From a virus (Duplodnaviria > Heunggongvirae > Uroviricota > Caudoviricetes > Herelleviridae): 64,000 nucleotides of DNA. The stretch is taken from positions 3,428 to 67,427 of IMG/VR virus record IMGVR_UViG_2595698876_000001; one strand, written 5' to 3'. The position numbers and the translations under genes were made by a program. The notes beneath the pieces were generated by a model. The model searched no databases. It worked only from the letters and a program-made list of their open reading frames with translations, and was not told the DNA's origin. Shown piece after piece: positions 54,801 through 64,000 of this stretch (its first letter is position 1; each line of letters begins with the position of its first letter).

Positions 54801-57800
54801 ACAAGCTCGTAACATCGGTTTAGATACATCTAAGAGTCCTTACTATAAGAAGCTAGGAGACGCTTATACAGCGCTTATAGCTTACCTTAATGGTTTTACA
54901 CCTAAACCGTGGGATGTAACGTCTAGCGCAATCATAGACATCCCAGACAGAGTAATATGGAACCAGAAGTGGAATGACTACTACAACTTCTATTCTCTTT
55001 TCGAAATCGAAGTACAAGATAGACAAAAAGAGTACACGGAACAGCAAGTGCAAGAGATGAAGAAGGATACTATCGCAGCAATCAGTACAGCAGGTAACTA
55101 CGATACTGTACCATTCGCAAACCCAGTAACAGTTACACCACCTATCGCTACACTAGGTTTACCGGAATTTCAAGGTAACCATCAGGATAGTTGGGACTGG
55201 AACGGAAGAAACTACATACTGCAATCAGATGTAGCTTACTCTTGGACAGGAAAGATGAACGATAATGGTTTCTCTACTAAGCAATTAAGCAAAGAGTCCG
55301 TTGCTATGTTCGACAAGCAAAGAGTAACAATGTCATTAGCTTATAAATTAACCAACGTTGTATATGGTACTGTAAACCCGTGGGTTGGGATGCAGCTAAC
55401 AGTAGAATATACAGATGGTACAAAAGAGTATCCTACTTGTATAGGAGGTAAAGCAGACGGGTCACCTACTACTAGTGATTTCGTTCGTAGAGCTGGTACT
55501 TACCAGATTAATGCAGCTAAATCAATAAGGAGTCTATCCATAATGTTAGGTGGACGAGACTTAACAGGTACAGTTGAGATTAAGGAGTACAAAATCGAAG
55601 TAGCAAACAAAACTGTTGACCAAGTAGTATGGACGCAAGCACCAGAGGATGTTTGGGGTAAAGTCGGAAGACGTATTCGACCAGTAACAAACCCTATGTT
55701 TAGCAGCGGAACGAACCTTACTATACTAGGCATGTTCTATGGTAATGGGACAGTTAATGACAAATTCGCTTGGGACACTAGCGGTACACCTGTTAAAACT
55801 AGGTACTGGGTTGATGGAGACTTAAATGACAAGCAGAGCTGGACGTATTTCACTAAAGGTTTTAATACGGATAGTGTGAATAAAGTTATTAAAGGTAGCG
55901 GTAAGAATGAATACCCTATACTATTTGATGACACGGTAGAGAATAGAATCGGTAGGTCTACTATCGCATTTTTCGACGACTACGTGATACTAACTTGTAC
56001 AGACGGTTCCGATGCATTCTACCAACTTGGCGATTACAACATGAGCCTTCATGGTTTTAGTTTAGGAGAAACAATTACATTCTCCGCAGATGTTAACTGT
56101 GACATTGCCGGAGCATACATGTCTACATGGATTAGTGATGGTACGAATTGGATTGAATCACGCGGAGATGTAGGTGGGCTTAACACATGGCAAAGACTTA
56201 AGCATACGTTCACACTCCCGGCAAATACTAAAGGATTATTCTTCCGTATTTACTTCCCTAGAACAGCAAATGCAAACACGAAAAAATTACGTATCAAAAA
56301 CGTTCAAATAGAGCGCGGAAGTAATTCGACACCGTTCGTTTCTGCAAATAAGCAGACGTTCAAAAAAGTTAAAGCAGATGGAGCAACTTACGCAGCTATT
56401 GGAAACATGTCAGAAGTTGTAGTAAAACACGATGGTAAACTGTTATTAAGGGATGGTAATGTTCAAGAAGCCGATAGCATGGGGGCAAACGCTACTACCG
56501 GGACATTGTACATAGCTATCGCAGATATTGATAGTGGTTGGGCGGACGCATACACTCCGACAGTAGAAGAGATTAAGGCGTACTTCTTAGGCTGGAGAAT
56601 GTGTAATGGTCAACTTAACGGGTTATACGTCTCTGGTGGTAAGGTTTGGTACCCTCATGGTGATAAGAACTTAGACCGAGCAGTAACAGGTCGAGCTACA
56701 GCACCTACAGAAGCGTCACCTTCTATCAAAGATAACTCTATTAGACCATACCAGTTCCTTTATAGATTAGTAGACCCAATCCAAGAAGAGGTATCGTTCG
56801 ATGGAATCCTAGAGCTACTTCCAAAGGCTAACGTTGTAACAACATACTACCCAACATGGACATCGCCTATTCTAGCAGGTACCATCAAGTACGGTATAAA
56901 CTTAGCAACAGTCAATCAGGACACTCGTTATATTGTTCCGACAATGATGAAAAGGATTGCTAGTGCAGAGCAGAAGATAACTGACGAGGCAATCACAAGT
57001 ACCGTTGTCAACTCTAGGGAGTACACACTTGGTATGAAGAGTAAAGCCGACTCTAGTGACTTAGGTAACTACGCTACTAAAGACGAACTAGCAAACGTAG
57101 ACAAAGGTGTGAATGACCGTATACAAGGGGAAATCGACAAAATCGACTTCTCACCTTTCGCGGAAAAATCACAACTAGAGCAAACAGCTAGAGACTGGAA
57201 CGCAAAGTTCTCCGCAGCAAACGGTATGAATACAATCAAGAACTCTATCGGGTTCAGTGGTACAGACTTCTGGGACATGTTCCAAGTTAATACGACTGTC
57301 GAAACAATCTCTAACTCCGCACTAGATAGTCTAGGTTTAGGTAGTGGGTTCTACTTTAGAAAGGATGGTAAGAATAAAGGTATCACCCAGAAAGTAAAAG
57401 TTATTCCGAACCAACCTTACACACTAGGGTTCTACTTAAACAAAATGACGAAAGGTGCGAAGGGCGACCAAACGTACCGATTCTGGATTCAAGTCATGAA
57501 TAGTGCCGGGACAATTACGCACCAGATAGACGATAACAGTGATAAGACAACAAACGGTTTAGAGGGTTCATACTTAACATTTACACCTTTAGAGGACGCA
57601 GTTACAATCCGTTTCGTATCCTATGCGAACGTTGAAGCTATCGTTTCTGGTATAATGTTAAATATAGGGGATATTCCTTTACAGTGGACACTAGCAACAG
57701 GAGAGCTATACAACACAAACGTTCGTATGAACCTAAACGGTTTACGTGTAGCACAGCTAGACGCTAATGGTGCCGAAGTTGGTTATACACAAATCACACC

Positions 57801-57987
57801 GTCAGAATTTGCCGGGTTCTACAAAAATAGTAACGGTGGATACGAAAAAGTGTTCTACTTAAACGGTGACGAAACTGTAACTAAGAAACTAAAAGCAACA
57901 CAAGAAATAACATTGGGTAACATCAAGATAATTGACGTTACTAGTACAGACATAACAGGTTGGGCGTTCGTACCAACCGTTAAATAG
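51868..57987 (+). CDS. central tail fibre/spike with multiple carbohydrate-binding-like modules (2039 aa)
   Basis: N-terminal spike-like region, coiled coils, repeated RN(L/Y)(L/I)xxS...WxxAPED modules. Confidence 0.75.
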   Translation: MIINMSEHEYSPLSGMRFQSQLSKEMKRAYKEGNNIVTLSFAEVIKVNYKYNTVDVITTKHKNSTTKNPNDNGKYSARLPIQFGGRTPQGNVYGTNTLVTVGSRVLIGFVEGNKDNPIVLNIYGAVDNQSMLTRTTMTGGDESDEGVQRELWQLFNLYPSMTYTNVDGRGNREVTFSGKSFLYVTDSDQNNEYVQDEAFDYMDLPSSRYANGELIEPESPSSPTVLYVHQGVYEKHRFTIFIKSDGTFRMGSRNEKGHGITYQQMNTDGSFSIVKKNDTTNPEEESYDQSSMEILKNGNVLLQNPKHKFEITDDGILVDGKKLSEIGGGGSGENPEYEEAIRQINKTIETMSVTMKSIEGGLETKVEKNTYEIDLDEIKGAQDALLAEIKAIIATLKVALEDLRTFIGSGFPDGVVTDARKIELNKKMQTIDASKTVLDGKYAEVMADPFLSDTLKNTLKISKDRVDGYHQALHNVIDASITDGTITAQEKTDINTAITNYVTSLNNIEPVFTSSIEASIVERIKEAVENPVNYTNKEMKKQSAIFTQLFNAISMKVSTEELTSQVQDLEVKMATKEEQKALTDELERVDQKVNGALSNLPYRVEVTSTNGTVFVNDFIDSVVSARFYKGADDITSTVGIGDIIWLRVSDDQAGDTAWNNNHKGIGNSFRLSVNDVRDRATFFCSYKTPPVATGSITVANLKDISVSKTEPTNPRQGTMWYNMTDGKLYVYMDGKWQFSADGLDFNIRNLLTNSRDCTGGGWSFQSASRTNSQYQGTYIIETAANWGSADYACSDLFTRGVVAANDEVTFCVLARLTGATGVTRNLSFFCEQSPASGTVVGSVTTEWQPFYITFKMLAAMNTAGSKMRFEVGDLTSANLKLQLCSHILVKGNTQVNWVPAPEDTQRDIDNINKDVGDIRTNVDSLGDDKKLTRFERSLIRSYLADITGTYYNPTDVPIALTEIDKPAYGKGKLYSIRQQARNIGLDTSKSPYYKKLGDAYTALIAYLNGFTPKPWDVTSSAIIDIPDRVIWNQKWNDYYNFYSLFEIEVQDRQKEYTEQQVQEMKKDTIAAISTAGNYDTVPFANPVTVTPPIATLGLPEFQGNHQDSWDWNGRNYILQSDVAYSWTGKMNDNGFSTKQLSKESVAMFDKQRVTMSLAYKLTNVVYGTVNPWVGMQLTVEYTDGTKEYPTCIGGKADGSPTTSDFVRRAGTYQINAAKSIRSLSIMLGGRDLTGTVEIKEYKIEVANKTVDQVVWTQAPEDVWGKVGRRIRPVTNPMFSSGTNLTILGMFYGNGTVNDKFAWDTSGTPVKTRYWVDGDLNDKQSWTYFTKGFNTDSVNKVIKGSGKNEYPILFDDTVENRIGRSTIAFFDDYVILTCTDGSDAFYQLGDYNMSLHGFSLGETITFSADVNCDIAGAYMSTWISDGTNWIESRGDVGGLNTWQRLKHTFTLPANTKGLFFRIYFPRTANANTKKLRIKNVQIERGSNSTPFVSANKQTFKKVKADGATYAAIGNMSEVVVKHDGKLLLRDGNVQEADSMGANATTGTLYIAIADIDSGWADAYTPTVEEIKAYFLGWRMCNGQLNGLYVSGGKVWYPHGDKNLDRAVTGRATAPTEASPSIKDNSIRPYQFLYRLVDPIQEEVSFDGILELLPKANVVTTYYPTWTSPILAGTIKYGINLATVNQDTRYIVPTMMKRIASAEQKITDEAITSTVVNSREYTLGMKSKADSSDLGNYATKDELANVDKGVNDRIQGEIDKIDFSPFAEKSQLEQTARDWNAKFSAANGMNTIKNSIGFSGTDFWDMFQVNTTVETISNSALDSLGLGSGFYFRKDGKNKGITQKVKVIPNQPYTLGFYLNKMTKGAKGDQTYRFWIQVMNSAGTITHQIDDNSDKTTNGLEGSYLTFTPLEDAVTIRFVSYANVEAIVSGIMLNIGDIPLQWTLATGELYNTNVRMNLNGLRVAQLDANGAEVGYTQITPSEFAGFYKNSNGGYEKVFYLNGDETVTKKLKATQEITLGNIKIIDVTSTDITGWAFVPTVK

Positions 57988-58009
57988 AATCGACTGGAGG
58001 AAAAGTAGA

Positions 58010-60694
58010 ATGGCATCAGGTTCATTTAATACAAGCACAGGCAACCAGTATGTGCAGGGTACTGTAACTTGGGGCAGTACCCCTAACACTGGGGGTAACT
58101 ATAGTGATGTATGGGTAGAGTGGCGATTCTCTCGTACAAACTCTGGCTATGAAACATATGGTAACGGTACATTCGGGATATATGTAGATGGTCAACAATC
58201 AGTAAATACACTTAGATTTAGCTTCACACAAAACTCTAGGACACTAGTAGTAAGTGGTAACTTCCGAGTAAACCATAACTCTGATGGAACGAAAAACTTA
58301 CGTATAGGTGTATCTGGATACACAGACGTAGTAGCAATTAATGAGGGCGTTGTGTATGTAGACCTAGACCGTATACCACGAGCAAGTAGCATATCATCTA
58401 ACATAAGTTGGACAGCAGCTATAGAGGGATTACCGCTGTCTATTAGCCGGGCTTCGGGTTCTTTCACACACTCTCTTACTTTACAAATCAAGAACAACGT
58501 AAATAACAACTGGGTAAGTGTAGCTACCAGATATAATATTGGGGATTACACTACGATATACTTCGACAAAAACGAAATGACAATCATATACAGAGAGATG
58601 GCTCAATGGGAAAATGCCGAAGTTTGGATAAAGCTGGACACGTTTAATGGCGGAACATACATAGGCTCGTCAGAGAAGTATGGTAGAGTTTATGGCGCTA
58701 CTCCTGCTACTCCGGTTGTATCTGATTTCAACATTGGAACAAAATCAGTAGATGTAACGCTAGACTATTTCTATGACACATTTAACTACACACTAGAGTT
58801 CACTTTTGGTAGCTTCAAAAAAGTGTTCCCTAACATGGTGAAGTCTAATAAGATGGAGTTCACAGATGCAGAAGTAATTCAAATGTATCAGCAGGTACCT
58901 AACCAGCAAAGCGCACAAGCCAATGTATACGCTAGTACAAAGTATAACGGTATAGAGCTAAATGATAACGTCCCTAAAGACCAAAACAAAAAAATCACAT
59001 TACGAGTAGTTAATAGTGAACCGCAATACGATGGAGGTTTCACGTATTTAGACTCCAATAGCGCTACAGCAACACTAACAGGAAATAACCAGTACATAAT
59101 CCAAAGTAAGTCAAATCTGCAAGTTAAACTACCTGTAGCCAAGAAAGCAAAACCGACCAATTACTCTACAATTACTCGTTATGAAGTAGCTGTCAATGGT
59201 GCGGTGAAATCAGTAAACTTTTCCGATACAGCAGACTTAACAGTAGATTTCGGCACTATAAATGTAAGCACAAATACAAGTGTTGTAGTGTCCGCAGTAG
59301 ATAGCCGGGGACTTAAAAAATCCGTATCTTCTGTTATATTAGTATTGCCTTATTCGCTACCAACTTATTCATTTAGTGCAGACCGGGTAAATAACTTCGA
59401 AACGACAACTAAATTGAATGTAACAGGTTCCGCATCACCATTGAACGTTAGTAACGTCAACAAGAACAGGATTGTTTCCGCTAAATATAAAACGAAACCA
59501 GTGGGCGGAGCATACGGAGGTGAATCTGATTTACCGCTAACCGGTACGTTCCCAGCTTTCATATCTAACAATGCTTCTGTAGAGTTAAACAACACACAAG
59601 CATGGGAAGTATCTGTAACAATCACAGACGTTCTAGGTTCAGTAACAACAATCAGTACTGTAGCAGTAGGTACGCCTATCCTGTTCATTGACACAAACAA
59701 GAAGTCGATAGGTGTTAATAAATTCCCTACTGGAACTAAAACATTCGAAGTAGCAGGTGATTGGGTAATAGATGGTGTGGTAAATCTAAAAGCTGACCAA
59801 TGGTGGACAACTAACGGTAAAGCTGCACTAGACCTTAAAAACTCTGATATCATCGGAATGAATGGTTTGTACTTCAATGACGCATCCGATTCTGGCGATG
59901 AGGGTCTTAACTTCCTTAAGAGTGGAAAACCCGTAGGTTCTAAAATCCTTGCAGATTATGATAACTTCTGTGTTTTAGATGGCAATTTTAAACTAAATAA
60001 CAGAAACCTATTCAAGCAAGAAGGTGGTCAAACTTCAAGCAACATCCGTTTGGCTGGTAACCTATACTCACAAACAACAGGCGGAGCCATATTCGACGTG
60101 TGGGGTAACATCATGGGTCAACCTACTGCAACAGCAGGTAATACTTGGTCAATCAAAGATGCAGACGATAGAATTCGATTCCTGACTGGTATCGGTAAAG
60201 GTTCAACCTCATCTACAGAGATATATGCTTATTCCGGTGGTATTAAGCTCTTTCATGATGGTGCCAACTCTTGGAACTTCTGGCAATCTGGTGGCGGAGC
60301 ATACTGTCATTTCGATATTGGTGGCGGACGTATGAAGTGGAATGGCGATAACGCTACATTCGAGTTCTTACAAACGAGTGGCGGTTGGGCGAAGATGTCT
60401 GGTACATGGGTAACACCTTCTGCACGAGAGTACAAGAAGAACATAGAGAAGTTCGAAGAAAGCGCATTAACTCTTATCACTACTACAGGCACGTACTTAT
60501 ACCACTATCTTGATGAGGATGAGTACAAAGTAAAAAAACATTTAGGGTTAATCGTAGACGAGTCACCGATGGAAATCAGAGGTGAAGATGGTAAAACAAT
60601 CGATACCTACGCTATGGAAACTTTATTATGGAAAGCGGTACAAGAACTAGCTTTAAAGGTTGACAATATAGACAGAAGAATAACTTTAAGATAG
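58010..60694 (+). CDS. tail fibre/receptor-binding protein with C-terminal intramolecular chaperone (S74-like)
   Basis: SAREYKKNI...HLGLIVDE...LWKAVQEL. Confidence 0.8.
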   Translation: MASGSFNTSTGNQYVQGTVTWGSTPNTGGNYSDVWVEWRFSRTNSGYETYGNGTFGIYVDGQQSVNTLRFSFTQNSRTLVVSGNFRVNHNSDGTKNLRIGVSGYTDVVAINEGVVYVDLDRIPRASSISSNISWTAAIEGLPLSISRASGSFTHSLTLQIKNNVNNNWVSVATRYNIGDYTTIYFDKNEMTIIYREMAQWENAEVWIKLDTFNGGTYIGSSEKYGRVYGATPATPVVSDFNIGTKSVDVTLDYFYDTFNYTLEFTFGSFKKVFPNMVKSNKMEFTDAEVIQMYQQVPNQQSAQANVYASTKYNGIELNDNVPKDQNKKITLRVVNSEPQYDGGFTYLDSNSATATLTGNNQYIIQSKSNLQVKLPVAKKAKPTNYSTITRYEVAVNGAVKSVNFSDTADLTVDFGTINVSTNTSVVVSAVDSRGLKKSVSSVILVLPYSLPTYSFSADRVNNFETTTKLNVTGSASPLNVSNVNKNRIVSAKYKTKPVGGAYGGESDLPLTGTFPAFISNNASVELNNTQAWEVSVTITDVLGSVTTISTVAVGTPILFIDTNKKSIGVNKFPTGTKTFEVAGDWVIDGVVNLKADQWWTTNGKAALDLKNSDIIGMNGLYFNDASDSGDEGLNFLKSGKPVGSKILADYDNFCVLDGNFKLNNRNLFKQEGGQTSSNIRLAGNLYSQTTGGAIFDVWGNIMGQPTATAGNTWSIKDADDRIRFLTGIGKGSTSSTEIYAYSGGIKLFHDGANSWNFWQSGGGAYCHFDIGGGRMKWNGDNATFEFLQTSGGWAKMSGTWVTPSAREYKKNIEKFEESALTLITTTGTYLYHYLDEDEYKVKKHLGLIVDESPMEIRGEDGKTIDTYAMETLLWKAVQELALKVDNIDRRITLR

Positions 60695-60708
60695 GGGACA
60701 AGATACTA

Positions 60709-61227
60709 ATGATGATATATGATACTTTAACACCATATGAGAAAACACTGGTTATGACAGGGTTCGACACAATGTCCGGAGATTACCAAAACGCCTTGAT
60801 GAATGCCATCTCACGTAAGTCTGGAAAATTACTTTGGCAAATTAAACCAGAAGATACCTTGAATTACCATAAAGATATTAAACTAGCTATGCAGAATGAG
60901 TTCTATGAAATAGAAGTTGCTGCGGGGTTCACAGCTCCTAACGGTCACAAGTATCGTTCAAATGCTGATGACCAAACGAACTTCATTGGTAAAATGGTTT
61001 ACCTATTAATGAACCCAGATATTGCAGAAATTAATTGGAAAGCAGAAGATGTAGACGATTACATTGTACACCCAAAGGATGAGTGGATACAAGTAGCTCT
61101 TGCTGGTTTTACTCATAAGGAAGCGACATTAGCTAAGTTCCATGAGAAAACAAAGGCTATAAAGACTGCTACTACACACGAGCAAGTTTTAGCGGTATCT
61201 TGGAGCAATACAACCCCTAATAAGTAA
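60709..61227 (+). CDS. tail fibre assembly protein (DUF4376-like)
   Basis: GFTAPNGHKYRSNADDQTN...AATTHEQVLAVSW pattern. Confidence 0.6.
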   Translation: MMIYDTLTPYEKTLVMTGFDTMSGDYQNALMNAISRKSGKLLWQIKPEDTLNYHKDIKLAMQNEFYEIEVAAGFTAPNGHKYRSNADDQTNFIGKMVYLLMNPDIAEINWKAEDVDDYIVHPKDEWIQVALAGFTHKEATLAKFHEKTKAIKTATTHEQVLAVSWSNTTPNK

Positions 61228-61263
61228 TTATGATATAATAGAGTTATAGGAGGAATTGGAAAA

Positions 61264-61455
61264 ATGAACACACCACAAGGTACACAGATAAATCCAAAAT
61301 ATGTTCTTTTGGAACAGTCTCAAACAGTACATACATTAACCGATGAGGTTATCAAACTAAGAGCCTACACAGCTCAATTAGAAGAAGAGAATTCCCAGCT
61401 AAAAGCTACTATCCAAGCCCGTGAGGAGTCGGAGGTAGACCATAAAAACGAGTAA
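61264..61455 (+). CDS. small coiled-coil protein (63 aa)
   Basis: AGGAGG SD. Confidence 0.7.
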   Translation: MNTPQGTQINPKYVLLEQSQTVHTLTDEVIKLRAYTAQLEEENSQLKATIQAREESEVDHKNE

Positions 61456-61471
61456 TATGCTTAATTAACTA

Positions 61472-61500
61472 GAGACGGGGGTTTTCTCCCGTCTTTTCTT
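61472..61500 (+). terminator. intrinsic terminator
   Basis: AGACGGG/CCCGTCT followed by T run. Confidence 0.75.
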
Positions 61501-61529
61501 GGTATATTAGTAGTTATTTTCATTCTAAA

Positions 61530-61539
61530 TACTATATTA
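61530..61539 (+). promoter_or_regulatory. late-promoter motif
   Basis: TACTATATTA (second variant TGGTATATTA at 61500). Confidence 0.7.
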
Positions 61540-61590
61540 ATAGTAGAGTGTTTAGAATCAAGATAACTATGAAAGAACGGAGGAACGCAC

Positions 61591-62367
61591 ATGACAATAG
61601 CTGATGGTCGTAACAGATTGCAGAAGATTGCGTTCAGTGTTGGCGGTAGAACATTTAAGTTCGCTCTCAACCCAGAGAACATGAATCACAACATGCCTCA
61701 CCGTACTACGGCATTAAAAACAAAGAGTCGTATTATCATTGAGGATTTCCAAGCTGACATCCCTACTATAACTATCTCCGGTACAACAGGTTTTAACCCT
61801 ACTGGACGAGCAGAAGATAGAGGGGTAACGAAGATTAAAGAAATGAAAGCGTTTATTGAGGACTACGCGAAGACTGGTGGTAATGGTAAAACATCCGCAC
61901 AGGATTTTTATTTCCATAACTTTACAAATGATGAGAGCTTTGTAGTTCACTTGGCTCCCGAGGGTATTTCTGTTACACAGGATGCAAACGCCCCATTGCT
62001 GTACAGATACGAAATTAAACTAATCATCATTCGTAAATCATCAGACCCAGCGGATGCAGACGTGATTAACCCAGAGATAGGTAACAGATTCCCTTCACTA
62101 CCTAATACTGGTAACTACAGACCATCCCCAACATATCCGAACTTACCAACTCCTTTACCAAACAGACCCGGTTCAGAGTGGGACATCCCAACAAAAACTC
62201 CGAACAGTGGTGTAGGCAATGATATCTATAATAAAGGCACAGGAGGCTCATACAACCCGAATAAAGATGGAACAGTACTAAACCCTCAATCCCCATCTAA
62301 AGGCGTGTATCAGTACGGTATGGAAGGATTAGGATTCAATATAGGTTATTACGGAAGGTGGGCATAA
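61591..62367 (+). CDS. baseplate/tail-tube initiator-like protein
   Basis: FALNPE...ITISGTTG...GMEGLGFNIGY; synteny. Confidence 0.7.
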   Translation: MTIADGRNRLQKIAFSVGGRTFKFALNPENMNHNMPHRTTALKTKSRIIIEDFQADIPTITISGTTGFNPTGRAEDRGVTKIKEMKAFIEDYAKTGGNGKTSAQDFYFHNFTNDESFVVHLAPEGISVTQDANAPLLYRYEIKLIIIRKSSDPADADVINPEIGNRFPSLPNTGNYRPSPTYPNLPTPLPNRPGSEWDIPTKTPNSGVGNDIYNKGTGGSYNPNKDGTVLNPQSPSKGVYQYGMEGLGFNIGYYGRWA

Positions 62368-62368
62368 A

Positions 62369-62896
62369 ATGATACAACCAAAACCAGCTACATTAGTCTG
62401 GTTTATCTCTACCGTAACAGTATTACCAGATGGTACCATTCCGTTTAATACAATGAATGAGGCACCTATGTACGTATCTAAATTGTACAAGCCTACATTT
62501 AGTCTTTCTTCTGTAGCAAGACTTGTATTAGACAAGATAGACCAGAATCAAATTCCTACTGTTGACATCGAGATAGACCCGAGAACATTGGTAAGACAGA
62601 TAATGGAAAGTGATTTAGCTACGTACAACCCGCGTATGTACACGTTGGTTACATCAGTAGTGTTAGAATCCTTTGCATTATTATACAGTATTGAAGAAGA
62701 AAGTACAAACTTACAGTACATATCTAAAAAGGACTTCCAAAGAATCCGGGATAATGTAAACTACATTGCTGATTACTTTAGTACAGTTCGTCGATATAGA
62801 AAGATTATAGAAGCGCTAAGAATAACAGACGTATCTCTAGGTTACATAGAGAACCAGATAGATGTAATTCTAACAGATAGAATAGAGGTGAGATAG
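62369..62896 (+). CDS. baseplate protein (175 aa)
   Basis: Synteny. Confidence 0.65.
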   Translation: MIQPKPATLVWFISTVTVLPDGTIPFNTMNEAPMYVSKLYKPTFSLSSVARLVLDKIDQNQIPTVDIEIDPRTLVRQIMESDLATYNPRMYTLVTSVVLESFALLYSIEEESTNLQYISKKDFQRIRDNVNYIADYFSTVRRYRKIIEALRITDVSLGYIENQIDVILTDRIEVR

Positions 62897-63636
62897 TGGT
62901 TAAATACGTAAAGAAAATCATTGCATCAGGAGATACATTACAGTCCATCGCGCAACATCATTTAGGTGATTCGAATAGATGGAGAGAGTTAGCGAAGTTT
63001 AATGACCTTAGATATCCTTACATCGTTGATACGGTATCAGAAAAGTTAACGAATCCTTACCACCTTGTTACAACAGGTGACACAATTATGTTCCGTTCCA
63101 ACGAAGATTCTGATGGTGAACTTATAGCAAACTTAAAAAATAGTTCAGCATATGACCAAGAGGAGATATACGCTCTCACATTAGGTAAGGATTTAAATGT
63201 GTTGCCGCAGCCTCGTAACATTGGTTCGCCCGGATGGGATGCAGAAATACTAGAAATGAAGGATAACAATAAAGGTGACCTTGCTACCTTACGCGGTATT
63301 GAGAACTTAAAACAATCCCTATTAACTCGTATTCTTACACCAGTAGGAAGCTATCTTAATCACCCTAGATACGGCTCTTACGTGAGTGAATACTTAGGTA
63401 AAAAAAATACAGAGGAAAATGCTACATTATTAGTAGTGGAGTTAGAAAGAGCGATTCGAACAGATGGTCGAGTAAGAGCTGTCGAGAAGGTTGGTTACAA
63501 CATTTACGATAACGAAATCGATGTCGCATTTAAAGTAACATCCATCGCGGTAGAAGAAGCGTTCTTACTTGCCTTAACCGCAAGAGAGAATGGAGATATT
63601 TTCCTAAATGATAACTTTGTAAATAATATCCGATAG
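62896..63636 (+). CDS. baseplate wedge subunit (LysM + gp25-like)
   Basis: SGDTLQSIAQHHLGDSNRWRELAKFN; GIENLKQSL..RILT..G...HPRYGS. Confidence 0.85.
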   Translation: MVKYVKKIIASGDTLQSIAQHHLGDSNRWRELAKFNDLRYPYIVDTVSEKLTNPYHLVTTGDTIMFRSNEDSDGELIANLKNSSAYDQEEIYALTLGKDLNVLPQPRNIGSPGWDAEILEMKDNNKGDLATLRGIENLKQSLLTRILTPVGSYLNHPRYGSYVSEYLGKKNTEENATLLVVELERAIRTDGRVRAVEKVGYNIYDNEIDVAFKVTSIAVEEAFLLALTARENGDIFLNDNFVNNIR

Positions 63637-63648
63637 GCGGTGAAAGCA

Positions 63649-64000
63649 TTGCAATTTAAAGGCATGATGAACATCTACTCAAGATTAGTAGATTACACAA
63701 TAACAAACACAAACAAGATTAATGACTTCTCAGTAGGTAGTGCTATTCGAGCTTTATACGAAGCAGTAGCAATGGAAGTAGAACAGTTCTACGTACTAAC
63801 CGAAGAGAACTTAGAAGAAGCTATTCAAGCTGGTGTGTACGAGTCCTTTGGATTTAAACGTAAGGCGCCACAGAAAGCGTATGGTAAGGTTCGAATCACA
63901 TTCCATAATGCAGTCCAGCAAAACACACCACTACCTCGTGGTACAAGGTTTACATCTAGTTTCCCAGAATACGCGAACATCTATGAAACTGTAGAAGATT
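63649..64000 (+). CDS. baseplate J-like protein, runs off window edge
   Basis: Hand translation MQFKGMMNIYSRLVDY...INDFSVGSAIRALYEAVAMEVEQFY. Confidence 0.8.
   Translation, partial: MQFKGMMNIYSRLVDYTITNTNKINDFSVGSAIRALYEAVAMEVEQFYVLTEENLEEAIQAGVYESFGFKRKAPQKAYGKVRITFHNAVQQNTPLPRGTRFTSSFPEYANIYETVED

Noticed and set aside
2500-63269. Many opposite-strand or nested ORFs in the track (e.g. 2500-2682+, 4143-4481+, 20711-21184+, 31090-31596-, 47889-48602-, 52773-53363-)
   Set aside because: Shadow ORFs lying antisense to well-supported genes, without SD sites and with atypical composition.
63884-63900. GGTTCGAATC resembling a tRNA T-loop
   Set aside because: Inside the baseplate J-like frame; no cloverleaf. 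No tRNA genes recognised in the window.

Overview
64-kb slice of a large lytic Bacillus myovirus genome (SPO1/Twort-type Herelleviridae; the LysB4-like M15 endolysin points to a B. cereus-group Bastillevirinae phage, which is inference). Layout: (1) 1-19.6 kb, minus strand: dense early region of small, translationally coupled ORFs driven by sigmaA-type promoters, plus DHFR, dNMP kinase, thymidylate synthase, a PcfJ-like protein and PhoH. (2) 19.6-24.6 kb, minus strand: late block with endolysin, a fibre-like protein and the terminase operon. (3) 24.6-27.6 kb: strand-switch region with an XRE HTH gene, 21-bp repeats, an AT-rich tract and a candidate sRNA. (4) 27.6-64 kb, plus strand: morphogenesis module (portal, protease, scaffold, capsid, neck, sheath, tube, chaperones, tape measure, tail lysin, fibres, baseplate), interrupted by an accessory island between tube and chaperones. 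No tRNA, rRNA, CRISPR, integrase, intron or intein was recognised. Best leads: a five-member paralogue family with a conserved MT(R/K)HTRNKQ N-terminus; a Rok-like xenogeneic-silencer homologue inside the tail operon; a bL33-like zinc ribbon; two RNA elements displaying anti-Shine-Dalgarno sequences; a UUU_CGN +1 frameshift in the tail chaperones; a shared N-terminal module on two unlinked late fibre-like proteins; a palindromic box over early -35 elements. All family assignments are by eye and from memory of reference sequences; no searches were run.
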